64,000 nucleotides of DNA from Basidiobolus meristosporus CBS 931.73. Taxonomy: Eukaryota; Fungi; Basidiobolomycota. The first letter of the stretch is position 1. The number at the start of each line of letters is the position of its first letter. Position numbers and translations under genes: made by a program. Shown here piece after piece: positions 13,484 to 27,421 of this stretch. The DNA is taken from assembly GCA_002104905.1 (NCBI GenBank), contig MCFE01000060.1, forward strand, positions 130,043-194,042, written 5' to 3'. The notes under the pieces are model-generated. The model saw only the letters and a list, made by a program, of their open reading frames with translations. It was not told the DNA's origin and did not search any database.

Positions 13484-16400
13484 GATTATGAGCTCCAAGC
13501 TTGCTTTATCTTGGGTGTCTACTTTGCTATAGTGTTGTGTCTGTATTCTGGAGAAATGACTGCATGGTCTACCTGAAGTTACAAAAGATAGAAAAGTACT
13601 GTTGCTGCAAGGAACTGCTAGATGGGATATATTGTTATGGAGAGAGAGGCCTTTGCCCTTAAAGAGGCACTACGCAAAGAAAAAGGTCATATGTCAAGGA
13701 GATCATGTTGGACAAATTTCAGATTATTAAATGTGCAGAAGAATGAAGCTCTGAGAAAATGTGTAATCCCAGCAAGGAGTCCAGATCAATAAGGGGCATT
13801 TTGAATGATATATGTATTAATGCTATGATCCTCATTATCACCACATAATGGATCTATGTTGAAGATCCACATATACCTGGGTTTGGATTACACTATTTCA
13901 ATCAATGAAGTGCCCACATTGCTGCGGTAAATTTACGTAAGTCTGTAGTCACTTGAAATGAAATGATGCACAAACACTTTGAGGCTGCCTGCTGCCCTAG
14001 TTTGAAGTTGGATATGCAGACAAATATATTGATCAGCTTGCCCAAATTCTGAGAATCAAAAAGATATAAAATACCTATATATTTGGCCAAAGATCAGTGA
14101 TCTCAGACATGCTAATTGAGGAGTGGTACGCATGGTATATCAGTGGTACTGTTTCCAATGACAATGATCCTGAAGCTCTGCAAGATACTTATTAGACATG
14201 CTATATGTCAACATTGAGTATCAGAAACAGTGGGAGGAGATATACCTATATATGTTGAAATATGGAACTGAAATAGATGAAACTAACTGAACAACATAGT
14301 ATAGGAGGCCAGGAGACATTGGAGAACAGAGAATGAGCCAGAATTTAACCTGTTTTGTGTCTAATATATCCAATTCAAATCAAATCAAGTGTCTGAAAGA
14401 GATGGTCATATGGCAAACAAGCTAGGTAACCATTCAAGTGCTCAGGAGGCATGAACACTACCAAGATATTTTCTATTATGCACTCAAACATATGTAGTCC
14501 CACAAGAACACTGTTTCTTAGAACTAAGAGATATTCTATCACATTTGTTGATGACAAGAAATGATAAATTCAAGTGTACTTCCTCAAAACTAAGGATGAG
14601 GCTTTAGTGCTGCTTAAGTACTTCAAGAACATGGCAGAAACACAAAATGGGTCTGAATTGAGTACACTTCAAATTGTCTGTGAAGAGGAATACTGGCCAA
14701 AACAGCTTGCAAAAACTGCCCATCTACCAGTATGCCTCAACAGATCACAGTTCCATATAATACATAGCATGATGGAGAAGCAGAATGTGCAAATAGAAAA
14801 ATAATAGATATGGTAAGATCTACGCTAGTTAAAAAGCAAATGGACTACAGGATCTGGGCAGAATCTGTTGCTACTGTGGTATAAGTCAAAAAGAGCTGCC
14901 TAACAACAGCACAATGTGACTCTACACTCTTTGAGGCATATACAGGCAAAAACCAGACCTCTAGCATCCATTGAAGTGATGTTTTCTATCACATTGTTGA
15001 CACAAAACACTCAAAGTTAGAGCCAAAGAGTAGAAAATGGATCTTTCTTGGCTATTTTGAAGACACCAAAGAGTATAGAGTGTATGAAGGCAAATTCAAA
15101 AGCTGATTAAGGGCAGCAACATTGAATTGAGGAGAACTTGGACCAGAAGGCCACAAAGATCATTGGCCAGCTATCTGATGATGCAATTCCCACTAATGAT
15201 ACCTACATAATCCAGCCAGATATGTAAGAAAATCTATCAGTTCCAGATTAGAACCAAGTATCCTGGTAAGAAGATCTAGCAGAAAAGGAAATTACCCTGG
15301 ATTTTGTTGGCAGCTATCTAATGACCATGAAGCAGTTTATCTTGCCTTATGTGCCACACCTCAGAATCTGGAGCCAGTAATGTAAAGTCCAGGTGCTACT
15401 ATGGAGCAACAGGCCAGGTGGGAAGAGTGCTGATCACTGATCAGGGCAAAAACATTAGAATTTGTAGGTACAATAAGTGGCAGAAAGCCAACAGGATGTA
15501 GATGGGTCCACAAGATCAAGATAACCTCAAATGGTACCAATGATGAGCAGAAAGCTTGATTGGTAGTCAAAGACAATTCCCATATCCAGCAACTGGACTT
15601 TAAGGAAACATTTGCTCAAGTGGCCAAATTTACTGCATTAGGACATTCCAAGCCCTGGCAGCTGTACACAGTCCAGATCCATACCAAATGGAAGTCAAAA
15701 CAGCCCATCTAAGTGTGGATCTGCCAGAAACCATATACTTGGAGCAACCAGATGGTTTTACCAATATAAAGGCCTCTATAAGATGTGCAGCCAAATGAAA
15801 CTCTTGTGTTGGCATAAGTAAGCTCCTGGAGCATGGAATGACATGATTGACACATATCTAGAGCACATTGGACTTATTTGTAGCACAGCAGATCACAGTG
15901 TATGTGTGAAACAGCTCAAAGAAAATGATTGTCCTGATACTTTATGTGGACAGCCTGGTAATAGCTACCTGTGACTGGGAGGCACTTAAAAAGACAGAAT
16001 CTGGCCTCTTCAGCAAGTTTGCAATGGAGCTTCTTGGAGAATTAAGCTATTTTCTTGACACCAAAGTCAAGTTTTAGATACCTACACAAAAACTGTGCTG
16101 AAACATTCTAAGTGCATCAGAGACATTACTAGATGCGTCAAAGTAGAAGATGCAGGCCTACAGCAACCAGCATAGACAATAACCTGATAATAAGCAAATC
16201 CAAGCTACTTTCAGATGAAACAGCCCAAATATGGACTAAAACCTTTCTTATCAATCAATGGTTGGTAGCTTAATGTACTTGATGACTTCTAAATGTCCAA
16301 GTGTTGCAGTGGCAGCTGAATTAGTCTGACATATGCTGCAGAATTATGGATTTGGTCAAATTACAACAGTTAAGCAAATTTTCTGCCATCTGGAGGGTAC

Positions 16401-16840
16401 CATTGATATGTTTCTGAAATACTCTGGAGCAACTAATAGCCATGAATTTAATGGCCATAATGATTCACATTGGCTAGAAATCCAATTGACAGATTTTCCA
16501 ACACTGGATATGCATATCTATATACTTGTGCAACTATTACCTGGAGTTGCATGAAACAATCAACTGTGGCCATATATAATTGAAGCTGAATATATGGCTG
16601 CTTGTTAAGCAACTAGAACGGCTATAGGGCTTTAAAAATTACACAAAATATTAGGGTCCATTCTGATGAAGCAACATATGCATACAAGGATAATCAAGGC
16701 TGTATTTCATTAGCTAGAAATTCTATTAATTATGCCAGTACTAAGCACATATTTATACAACACCACTTTCTGAGGAAACTTGTAGATAGTAACTTGGTAT
16801 AGTTAGTTTTCTGCCCAGCTGCCAAGACTGTGGGAGATAT

Positions 16841-19800
16841 TGTTGCAATTTAAGAAGTGATTTGGATATAAGGAACTTATCAAGAAATAGTGATAATAGT
16901 TGAACTGTTGTTTATTCATAAAGACGCTCAGTATTTATACCTTTGTAGAAGTAATAAAGCTGCAACACTAAGTAGGGAGGGTTTCTCAATATTCAGGAGC
17001 ATTCTGTAACAGTTTCAGGGTTAGTACATAATGTTTGGTAATAGTGCTAATTTGATCCTGACTATAGGGGAATAATCATAAGATCATATATCTGGAGAAA
17101 GTGGCAAAGTAAAGGCAGTAAATGAGTCCTACAGTGACTAAGACTAGCCTAGAATTGTTAAGTAAATTTTTAGCTGCTGAATGATACCAAATAGTCCAAT
17201 ATTTCAACACTCCCCCTCAACTAAATAATTTCTTAATCCCAATTTCTCTCTAAGGATCTCAAACTGTGACCTAGCTAGTGGTTTTGTCAATATGTCTGCC
17301 ACCATTTTGTCGGTTGGGCAGTAAACCAGCTCTACTAAGTTATTTTCTACAGCTTCCCTCACAAAGTGATGCTGTATATCAATGTGCTTAGTTCTGGCAT
17401 GATTAGTAGGATTTCTAGCTAATGAAATACAACTTTGATTATCCTTGTAAATACATGTTGGTTCACCTGAATTAAAACCTAAGTCTTTGAATAATTTTTG
17501 TAGCCATATAGCCTCCTTAGTTGCTTGACATGCAGCCATATATTCGACTTCAGTTGTAGATGGTGCCACAGTTGGTTGTTTCTTGCAATTCCAAGTAATA
17601 GCTGCACCAGCATAAAGAAATACATAGCCTGTGGTAGAGCGTCTGTCAATCAGATCTCTACCCCAATCTGAATCACTATAACCATCAAATTATTGCCTAT
17701 TAGCTGCTCCAGAGTATTCCAGTACCATATTTATGGTACCTTGTAGATATCTGAAAATCCGCTTAACTGCTGCAATTTGATCTGATCCATAATTCTGCAT
17801 GAATTGACTGAGTATTCCAACTGCCACTGCAATATCTGGACGTGTAGACACCATCAAGTACATTAGGCTACCGATCATTAATTGATAGGGAAAGTTTTGG
17901 TCCATATTTGAGCCGTTTTCATCTATAACTGGCTGAGAGTTGCTTAATTTCAGGTTATTGTCCATAGGGGTTGCTGCAGGCTTGCAATTTTCCATTTTGA
18001 AGCGTCTAAGAATGTCCCTGATGTACTTAGACTGATTCAGCACAATTTTCTGCGTAAGTATGTCAAATTTTACCTCAATTCCAAGAAAATAGCTCAATTT
18101 TCCAAGATCTTTCATCTCAAACTTGCTGAAGAGATCTGATTTTGTCTGTTTAAGTGCCTCTTGATCACTTGTAGCGATAATTAGGTTGTTCACATAAAGA
18201 ACTAGGATGATCACACCCTTTTTGAGCTGTTTTACATATATACTGTGATCTGCAGTGCTACGAGAGAACCCAATTTCCTCTAGATATGTGTCAATCTTGT
18301 TATACCATGCTCTGGGTGCCTGCTTAAGCCCATAAAACAATTTTCTAAGTTTGCACACCATATGGGGGCTATTTGGATCGGTAAAACCTTCTGGTTGCTC
18401 CATATATATAGTTTCTTGCAAATCCCCATTTAGAAAGGCTGTTTTGACGTCCATTTGGTGTAGATCTGGACTGTGTACAGCTGCCAGGGCTAGAACTGTC
18501 CTAATAGAGTTAAACTTGGCAACTGGAGCAAATGTTTCCTTAAAGTCTAGTCCCTGGATCTGGGAATAGCCTTTAGCTACCAATCTAGCCTTGTACTCAT
18601 CAACGACACCATTTGAGGTTATCTCGATCTTGTAGACCCATCTATATCCTATTGGCTTTCTCCCATTTGGTAAATCTACCAGTTCCCACGTTTTTGCCTT
18701 GATCAGTGATTGGTACTCCTCCTGCATGGCTTGTTGCCACTTAGTAGCATCTGGACCTTGCATTGCCTGTTCCAGATTCTGAGGTTTGGCACATAAGGCA
18801 AGATAAGCTTCTTCATGATCATTGGATGTCTGCCACCAGGATCCAGGGGCATTTCTTATTCTGGTAGATCTCCTAACTGGGATAATCTGTTCTGATCTGG
18901 AACTGGTAGAAGTATCTTCCATCTCTGGCTAGATTTGGTACGTATCTTCTTCATTTGTGTTGATTGCATCATCAGGCAGCTGGCCAATGATTTCTGGGGC
19001 TTTCTGATCTGAATTCTCCTCAAATACAACGTCCCTGCTCTTGATCAGCTTCTGAATTTTGCCATCATACACTCTATACCCTTTAGTATCTTCACAATAC
19101 CCAAGAATGATCCCTTTTCTACTCTTTGGTTCCAACTTTGAGTGTTTTTTGTCAGGGATGTGATAAAAAACATCACTGCCAAAGATCCTGAGGTGCTGGA
19201 GATCTGGTTTTTTGACTGTATATGCTTCAAAGGGTGTAGAATCACGTAGTGCTGTTGTTGGGCATCTGTTCTTGATGTATACAGCGGTAGCAACAGATTC
19301 AGCCCAAAACTTGTAGTCCATTCCCTTATCATGTAGCATAGATCTTCCCATCTCTACTATTGTTCTATTTGCACGTTCTGCTACTCCATTTTGCTGTGGA
19401 GTATGAGGAACTGTGGTCTGTTGAAGTACACCAGTAGACAAGCAGTATTTTGCAAACTCCTTTGAGCAGTATTCTCCTCCATTGTCACTTTGTAGTACCT
19501 TCAATTTACACCCAGTTTGTGTTTCTGCCATGTTCTTGAAGTGCTTAAACATCTCTAAAGCTTCATCCTTTGCTTTGAGGAAGTACACCGATGTATATCT
19601 TGTCTTGTCATTAATAAACGTCATAAAGTATCTCTTGGCTCCAAAGGACAGTGTTCTCATGGGGCCACATATGTCTGAGTGTACAATAGCCAATATTTTG
19701 GTGGTATTGATGCCTTCTGAGCTCTTGAAACGTTGCCTAGCTTGTTTGCCATATGAACATCCCTTACAAACATTCAATTTGATCGGAATTGAGTATTTTA

Positions 19801-21526
19801 GGCCCAAAACAAGCTGATTTTTCACCAATTGGCACATTTTCTGTTCCCCTATGTGTCCTAGCCTCCTATGCCACGTCTCCCAGTTGGCTTCATTAGTTTC
19901 AGCAATGTTGATATACTCAGGTACAATGATCTTGCATTGTAACTTGTATATATTGTGATCTCTGATTCCCAAAGCTAATTTTTGTCCATTTTCACTCAGT
20001 ATTGAGCAGCTCAGCTTAGTAAAAACAAATTTCAGTCCCTGTGTAGTTGCTTTACTGACTGAGAGTAGGATCTTAGCTATTCCAGGTACATAGAGTACGT
20101 CAGTCAGTTTTGCTGTTGTTGTCCCTGAGTTATCACTCATATTTAGTTGTATAGACCCACTGGCGGTAGCTTCCAATGCAGAGTTATCTCCCAGATAAAC
20201 CTTTCTTACAGGAATAGTCTTTAAGTTGCTGAACCAATCCTTTATACCACAAATATGCTGTGATGCTACAGAGTCAATATACCATTCATTACTTTGGTTA
20301 CTTGCACTCTCTTGTACAGTGACAAATAACTGTTCATCAGTAGTTATATGGTTTGCCTGCTCTAGTTTCTGTTGTTTGTCTGCTTGTTTCTTCTTGCATT
20401 CTCTTGTCCAGTGTCCTGGCTTCTTACAGTAGTTACAGCAGCCAGGTTTTCTTTGGTTTTGTTGCTTTCCCTTCTTTTCTGTATGCCTTTCTGACCGGAA
20501 CAAAGCATTATCTTCAATTTTCTCTGCTTGATCATTACGTTTAGGTTCTTCATGGAGAAGTCTTCCTTTGACATAGTCTAAAGTCAAGTTGTCTTCTCTG
20601 CTTTCAAAAGAGAGTATGAGTGGCCTATACTCGTCTGGTATGCTGCAAAGCAGACAGAGTATCTTTTCTTCATCATCTACACCAGCATTAATACTGTAAA
20701 GTTCTTCTGCAAGTGTCTCCATTCTGGTCATGAGTTGTAGCATGTCATCATCTGGCTTTTTTCTCATGTTGAAGAACTTTTGTTTCAAATAAAGCTTGCT
20801 TGATACTGACTTTGCTCTAAAGATCTTCTCTAAGGATTCCCATGCTGCTTTGGCAGTATTTGAGGCATGAATTTGTCCAATGAAGGAGTCTTGCACATTG
20901 ATGCATATTGCATTGAAGGCCTTTCTCTCCTTCTCTTGAAACTTCTCCACATCTTCTGCTGTTCCTTTGGGCTCAACTTCCTTTCCTGTTGCTATGTTCC
21001 AAAGCTTTCTTTCCTCAAGGTGGATCTGCATCTTGATTCTCCAAAGTCTGTAGTTCTTCCCATCAAACCTCTCCTTTACAGGGAAGATGTTGGTATTGCT
21101 TTGTTTGCTGGTAGAAGTCATCTTTAGAATATATTAAGGCAACCGGGGCTCATAACTTGTTGCAATTTAAGAAGTGATTTGGATATAAGGAACTTATCAA
21201 GAAATAGTGATAATAGTTGAACTGTTGTTTATTCATAAAGAAGCTCAGTATTTATACCTTTGTAGAAGTAATACAGCTGCAACACTAAGTGGGGAGGGTT
21301 TCTCAATATTCAGGAGCATTCTGTAACAGTTTCAGGGTTAGTACATAATGTTTGGTAATAGTGCTAATTTGATCCTGACTATAGGGGAATAATCATAAGA
21401 TCACATATCTGGAGAAAGTGGCAAAGTAAAGGCAGTAAATGAGTCCTACAGTGACTAAGACTAGCCTAGAATTGTTAAGTAAATTTTTAGCTGCTGAATG
21501 ATACCAAGTAGTCCAATATTTCAACA
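16841..21526 (-). mobile_element. Full-length Ty1/Copia retrotransposon (4686 bp), LTRs 16841-17209 and 21158-21526, TSD GATAT
   Basis: 369-bp LTRs with 5 differences by eye; GATAT at 16836-16840 and 21527-21531; PBS AGTTATGAGCCC; PPT GAGGGGGAG. Confidence 0.97.
17204..21121 (-). pseudogene. Copia gag-PR-IN-RT-RH polyprotein, single frame with two premature stops (18929-18931, 17690-17692)
   Basis: CNYCKKPGHWTREC knuckle; WYIDSVAS protease; WHRRLGH/CKGC and HSDICGP...QSDNGGEY...NGVAER integrase; RT with YVDD changed to YVNN; RH ADILTKPL. Confidence 0.95.
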
Positions 21527-23594
21527 GATATATGACAAAACAACTAGCTAGGCCACAAATTGAGACTATTAGAGTGGAACAAGGATTAATAATATACTTA
21601 GTTGAGAGGGAGTGTTGAAATATTGGACTATTTGGTAGTATTCAGCAGCTAGATATATACTCAGCAATTATGAATTAGTCTTAGACACTGCAGGACTAAC
21701 TTACAGACTTAGCTTTGCCACTTTCTTCAGATCTATATACCTAAGATTATTCCCCTGAAGTAAAAAACAAACCAGCACTTTTACCAAACATTACATAAAA
21801 GCTCTGAAACAACTACAGAATGCACCTGAATGCTGACAAACCCTCCTTACATAGTCTTACAGTTGTATTACCTCTACAAAGGTATAAATACTGAGCTTTC
21901 TTAAGAATAAGCCACAGAACTACCATTATCATTATTTCTTGTTAAGTTCCTTATATCCAAAGCACTTCTTGAATTGCCACAGTAACTTGAATATATTGTG
22001 ATCTCTGATTTCTAATCAAATCTTTGTCCATTTTCACTTAATATGAGGCACCTCAGATTAGTGTGTTACAAGTCTTGGTATAAGAGTTGTAGAGGAACAG
22101 GGAGTTTAGCTAGTATTGTGTTCACCAAAGCTTGAACTGATCTTTTTTGAAATTCCAGCAGCTCCTTGTGTACATTTTGCCAGATCAATTGCTGACTAAT
22201 TGCGTTTCCTGATGTAGGCTGTGGCTGATGACTCATTTGATTGCATCATTATCACCCAAAAGATTGTACCTAATATTTCTATTTCTGTCTGATAAGGATC
22301 TGCTGAAACTTTTGCTGACTAATGCTACTGATTTGATAGATAATACTGATATACTTTTAACCTAAACATATAACTGATTGATTTGACCAAAAACTGATCT
22401 AACTTGAACATTCAAGTGGCAGCTCATAACATACTCCCCTGCTGAAGTTGAGAGGGTGCTCCTGAATCTCTTTTCTTGTGATACCAATATCTTGATGGTT
22501 CTGTATTATCAGTAAGTCTTGCAAGCTTGAGTCTGTCCCCATGCACTAAGTCTTCCTGGATATTACCTTGCTTGTCCACTAGTTGGTAAGTTGCAAATGG
22601 ACATTCTCTGATGATCTTCAATGGTCCTGTCCATTGTGGCTCAAATTTTTCCAAGTGTTGTTTCTTAGCAATACAAAGTTCCCAACTGTCAATGCTTCTG
22701 GTGCTATAGTCTTATCAAATCTCTGCTTCTCCTTCTCTGCACTTTGAGTTACATTGGTCTGTGCCTCTTGAGATCTTTGTTCCAGTTGCCGGTGTCTACT
22801 TAGCTGACTGAGTTCATCTTCTAAGGTGTGTGTAAGCTTTGGTTGTGTGAGATCTCCTGGAATTCCTGGTTCACATCCATGCAACAAGTAAAATGGCAAT
22901 TGCTGGGTGGTGTTGTGTACTCTGACTCTGCATGCAAAGAGTGCTTGGTCTATATACTCATCCCATCTACTGACACCTCCATTTGCATACTTGGTCAGCA
23001 TTTTTTCAAATAATCCATTAAACCATTCAGTGACTCCATTAGTTCTGGGGAGATATGCTAAGGTTTTCAGGTGTTTGATCTGCAGCATTTCCAGGTAGGA
23101 TTCAAATATTTTGCAATAAAGTTTGCACCTCTACTGGATAGAATCTTTACATAGTATCCAAACTTCATAAGGATCTCATGGTAGATGAAACTTGCAACTT
23201 CTTGTTCACTGGCTATAGGTACAGCATTAGCCTCTGGCTATTTAGTGGCATGGTAAATTGCTACTAGGATCCAATGGTTGCATTTCCTGGTAGTTGGCTG
23301 TCTTCCAATAAAGTCAATTCCCCATCTTTCAAATGGTCTTACAAGAACCAGGGGAAAGAGCTCAGCAACTCTCTGTGATTTGCCTTGGTTGATTTCGCAA
23401 TCTGGGCATGTTTTCACTAGCTGCTCAATGTCAGGTTTAATTCTGGGCTACCATGCTCTGGCTTTCACAAGGCTATAGGTTCCTTCAATTCCAAGATGTC
23501 CATATCCATTGTGTAGCTTATGTACTAAATCCAGGCAAAAAACATAAGAGCAATAGGCAATAGGGCTTCCATCAACAATTTGGTACAGTGTTTC

Positions 23595-26500
23595 TGTTGA
23601 AATATTGGACTATTTGGTATCATTCAGCAGCTAAAAAATTTACTTAACAATTCTAGGCTAGTCTTAGTCACTGTAGGACTCATTTACTGCCTTAACTTTG
23701 CCACTTTCTCCAGATATATGATCTTATGATTATTCCCCTATAGTCAGGATCAAATTAGCACTATTGCCAAACATTATGTACTAACCCTGAAACTGTTACA
23801 GAATGCTCCTGAATATTGAGAAACCCTCCCCACTTAGTGTTGCAGCTGTATTACTTCTACAAATGTATAAATACTGAGCTTCTTTATGAATAAACAACAG
23901 TTCAACTATTATCACTATTTCTTGATAAGTTCCTTATATCCAAATCACTTCTTAAATTGCAACAAGTTATGAGCCCTGGTTGCCTTAATATATTCTAAAG
24001 ATGACTTCTACCAGCAAACAAAGCAATACCAACATCTTCCCTGTAAAGGAGAGGTTTGATGGGAAGAACTACTGACTTTGGAGAATCAAGATGCAGATCC
24101 ACCTTGAGGAAAGAAAGCTTTGGAACATAGTAACAGGAAATGAAGTTGAGCCTAAACAAACAGCTGAAGATGTGGAGAAGTTTCAAGAGAAGGAGAGAAA
24201 GGCCTTCAATGCAATATGCATCAATGTGCAAGACTCCTTCATTGGACAAATCCATGCCTCAAATACTGCCAAAGCAGCATGGGAATCCTTAGAGAAGATC
24301 TTTAGAGCAAAGTCAGTATCAAGCAAGCTTTATTTGAAACAAAAGTTCTTCAACATGAGAAAAAAGTCAGATGATGACATGCTACAACTCATTACCAGAA
24401 TGGAGACACTTGCAGAAGAACTTTACAGTATTAATGCTGGTGTAGATGATGAAGAAAAGATACTCTGTCTGCTTTGCAGCATACCAGACAAGTATGAGCC
24501 ATTCATACTTTCTTTTGACAGCAGAGAAGACAACTTGACTTTAGACTATGTCAAAGGAAGACTTCTCCATGAAGAACTCAGACGTAATGATCAAGCAGAA
24601 AAAATTGAAAATAATGCTTTATTCAGGTCAGAAAGGCATACAGAAAAGAAGGGAAAGCAACAAAACCAAAGAAAACCTGGCTGCTGTAACTACTGTAAGA
24701 AGCCAGGACACTGGACAAGAGAAAGCAAGAAGAAACAAGCAGACAAACAACAGAAACTAGAGCAGGCAAACCATATAACTACTGATGAACAGTTATTTGT
24801 CACTGTACAAGAGAGTGCAAGTAACCAAAGTAATGAATGGTATATTGACTCTGTAGCATCACAGCATATTTGTGGTATAAAGGATTAGGAGATCTACCAG
24901 AATAAGAAATGCCCTTGGATCCAGGTGGCAGATATCCAATGATCCTAAAGAAGCTTATCTTGCCTTATGTGCCAAACCTCAGAATCTGGAACAGGCAATG
25001 CAAGGTCCAGATGCTACTAAGTGGCAACAAGCCATGCAGGAGGAGTACCAATCACTGATCAAGGCAAAAACGTGGGAACTGGTAGATTTACCAAATGGGA
25101 GAAAGCCAATAGGATATAGATGGGTCTACAAGATCAAGATAACCTCAAATGGTGCCGTTGATGAGTACAAGGCTAGATTGGTAGCTAATGGCTATTCCCA
25201 GATCCAGGGACTAGACTTTAAGGAAACATTTGCTCCAGTTGCCAAGTTTAACTCTATTAGGACAGTTCTAGCGCTGGCAGCTGTACACAGTCTAGATCTA
25301 CACCCAATGGACGTCAAAACAGCCTTTCTAAATGGGGATTTGCAAGAAACTATATATATGGAGCAACCAGAAGGTTTTACCAATCCAAAAGGCCCACATA
25401 AGGTGTGCAAACTTAGAAAATTGTTGTATGGGCTTAAGCAGGCACCCAGAGCATGGTATAACAAGATTGACACATATCTAGAGGAAATTGGGTTCTCTCG
25501 TAGCACTGCAGATCACAGTATATATGTAAAACAGCTCAAAAAGGTTGTGATTATCCTAGTTCTTTATGTGGATGACCTCATTATAGCTACAAGTGATCAA
25601 GAGCCACTTAAACAGACAAAATCAGATCTCTTCAGCAAGTTTGAGATGAAAGATCTTGGAAAATTGAGCTATTTTCTTGGAATTGAGGTCAAATTTGACA
25701 TACTTACGCAGAAAATTGTGCTGAATCAGTCTAAGTACATCAGGGACATTTGTAGACGCTTCAAAATGGAAAATTGCAAACCTGCAGCAACCCCTATGGA
25801 CAATAACCTGAAATTAAGCAACTCTCAGCCATTTATAGATGAAAATGGCTCAAATATGGACCAAAACTTTCCCTATCAATCAATAGTTGGTAGCCTTATG
25901 TACTTGATGGTGTCTACATGTCCAGATATTGCAGTAGCAGTTGGAATAGTCAGTCAAATCATGCAGAATTATGGATCAGATCAAATTGCAGCAGTTAAGC
26001 AGATTTTCAGATATCTACAAGGTACCATAAATATGGTACTGGAATACTCTGGAGCAGCTAATAGGCAAAAATTTGATGGTTATAGTGATTCAGATTGGGG
26101 TAGGGATCTGATTGACAGACGCTCTACCACAGGCTATGTATTTCTTTATGCTGGTGCAGCTATTACTTGGAATTGCAAGAAACAACCAACTGTGGCACTA
26201 TCTATAACTGAAGCCAAGTATATGGCTGCATGTCAAGCAACAAAGGAGGCTATATGGCTACAAAAATTATTCAAAAACTTAGGTTTTAATTCAGGTGAAC
26301 CAACATGTATTTACAAGGATAATCAAAGTTGTATTTCATTAGCTAGAAATCCTACTAATCATGCCAGAACTAAGCACATTGATATACAGCATCACTTTGT
26401 GGGGGAAGCTGTAGAAAATAACTTAGTGGAGCTGGTTTACTGCCCAACTGACAAAATGGTGGCAGACATATTGACAAAACCACTAGCTAGGCCACAGTTT

Positions 26501-26921
26501 GAGATCCTTAGAGAGAAATTGGGATTAAGAAATTATTTAGTTGAGGGGGAGTGTTGAAATATTGGACTATTTGGTATCATTCAGCAGCTAAAAAATTTAC
26601 TTAACAATTCTAGGCTAGTCTTAGTCACTGTAGGACTCATCTACTGCCTTAACTTTGCCACTTTCTCCAGATATATAATCTTATGATTATTTCCTTATAG
26701 TCAGGATCAAATTAGCACTATTACCAAACATTATGTACTAACCCTGAAACTGTTACAGAATGCTCCTGAATATTGAGAAACCCTCCCTACTTGGTGTTGC
26801 AACTGTATTACTTCTACAAAGGTATAAGTACTGAGCTTCTTTATGAATAAGCAACAGTTCAACTATTTTCACTATTTCTTGATAAGTTCCTTATATCCAA
26901 ATCACTTCTTAAATTGCAACA
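23595..26921 (+). mobile_element. Internally deleted Ty1/Copia (3327 bp), LTRs 23595-23964 and 26552-26921, TSD GTTTC
   Basis: Same family as 16841-21526; GTTTC at 23590-23594 and 26922-26926; ~1.36 kb (most of PR and all of IN) missing at ~24886; RT-RH ORF 24998..26557 is open with YVDD. Confidence 0.96.
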
Positions 26922-27421
26922 GTTTCATCCTGTACTACAAATTTGCTGGCTTCATCCCAGATTATCTTCTTGATATCTTAATCCACCCCATTAGGAATGG
27001 CTTGGTCTTCCAAGTACTTTGGTAATAGGCTAGGCCAGGTGAGAGCTCATAGGTCTTGTTGTCCTGCTGGATCTGAGTAGAATGGGTTCTCCAATTGATT
27101 GATGGATTACAACAAAATATCCAGATTTTCCCAAGTACAAGGTCAAGCTTGCCGCTCCCATATATATGGGCCTGTAGATCCTCTTCATAGTCACTGATCT
27201 TCATCCTTACTGGCTGAGTGATACAGTTGAATATGTGAGAGTTCCCATCAGGTGTTGAGACTGAAGTTGATTTGGTGGGTTCCAAGTTGATTCCAGCTTT
27301 CAAAGCAAATTGCTCTGACATGTACTCATGCAATGCTCCTGAGTCAATCATGATTTTGGCAGGTACTCCATTGACTACTTCATTCAAGTATTATAGCTTT
27401 CCTGAGTTTGAGGTCATCTGG

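Larger units (their letters stand above)
13496..21981 (+). mobile_element. Old decayed Copia (gag-pol 13496-16840 and 21532-21612, 3' LTR 21613-21981) interrupted by a younger copy
   Basis: Integrase, RT and RH remnants are collinear with 17204-21121; the reading resumes across the TSD; PPT GAGAGGGAG precedes TGTTGAAATATTGG. Confidence 0.85.

Noticed and set aside
13600-14340. Possible hAT transposase remnant (TARWD..., RNRL-like readings)
   Set aside because: The segment follows an LTR+PBS and aligns better to Copia gag, WYI-protease and the WHRRLGH pre-integrase region.
16841-21526. Active autonomous Copia
   Set aside because: Two in-frame stops and YVNN at the RT active site.
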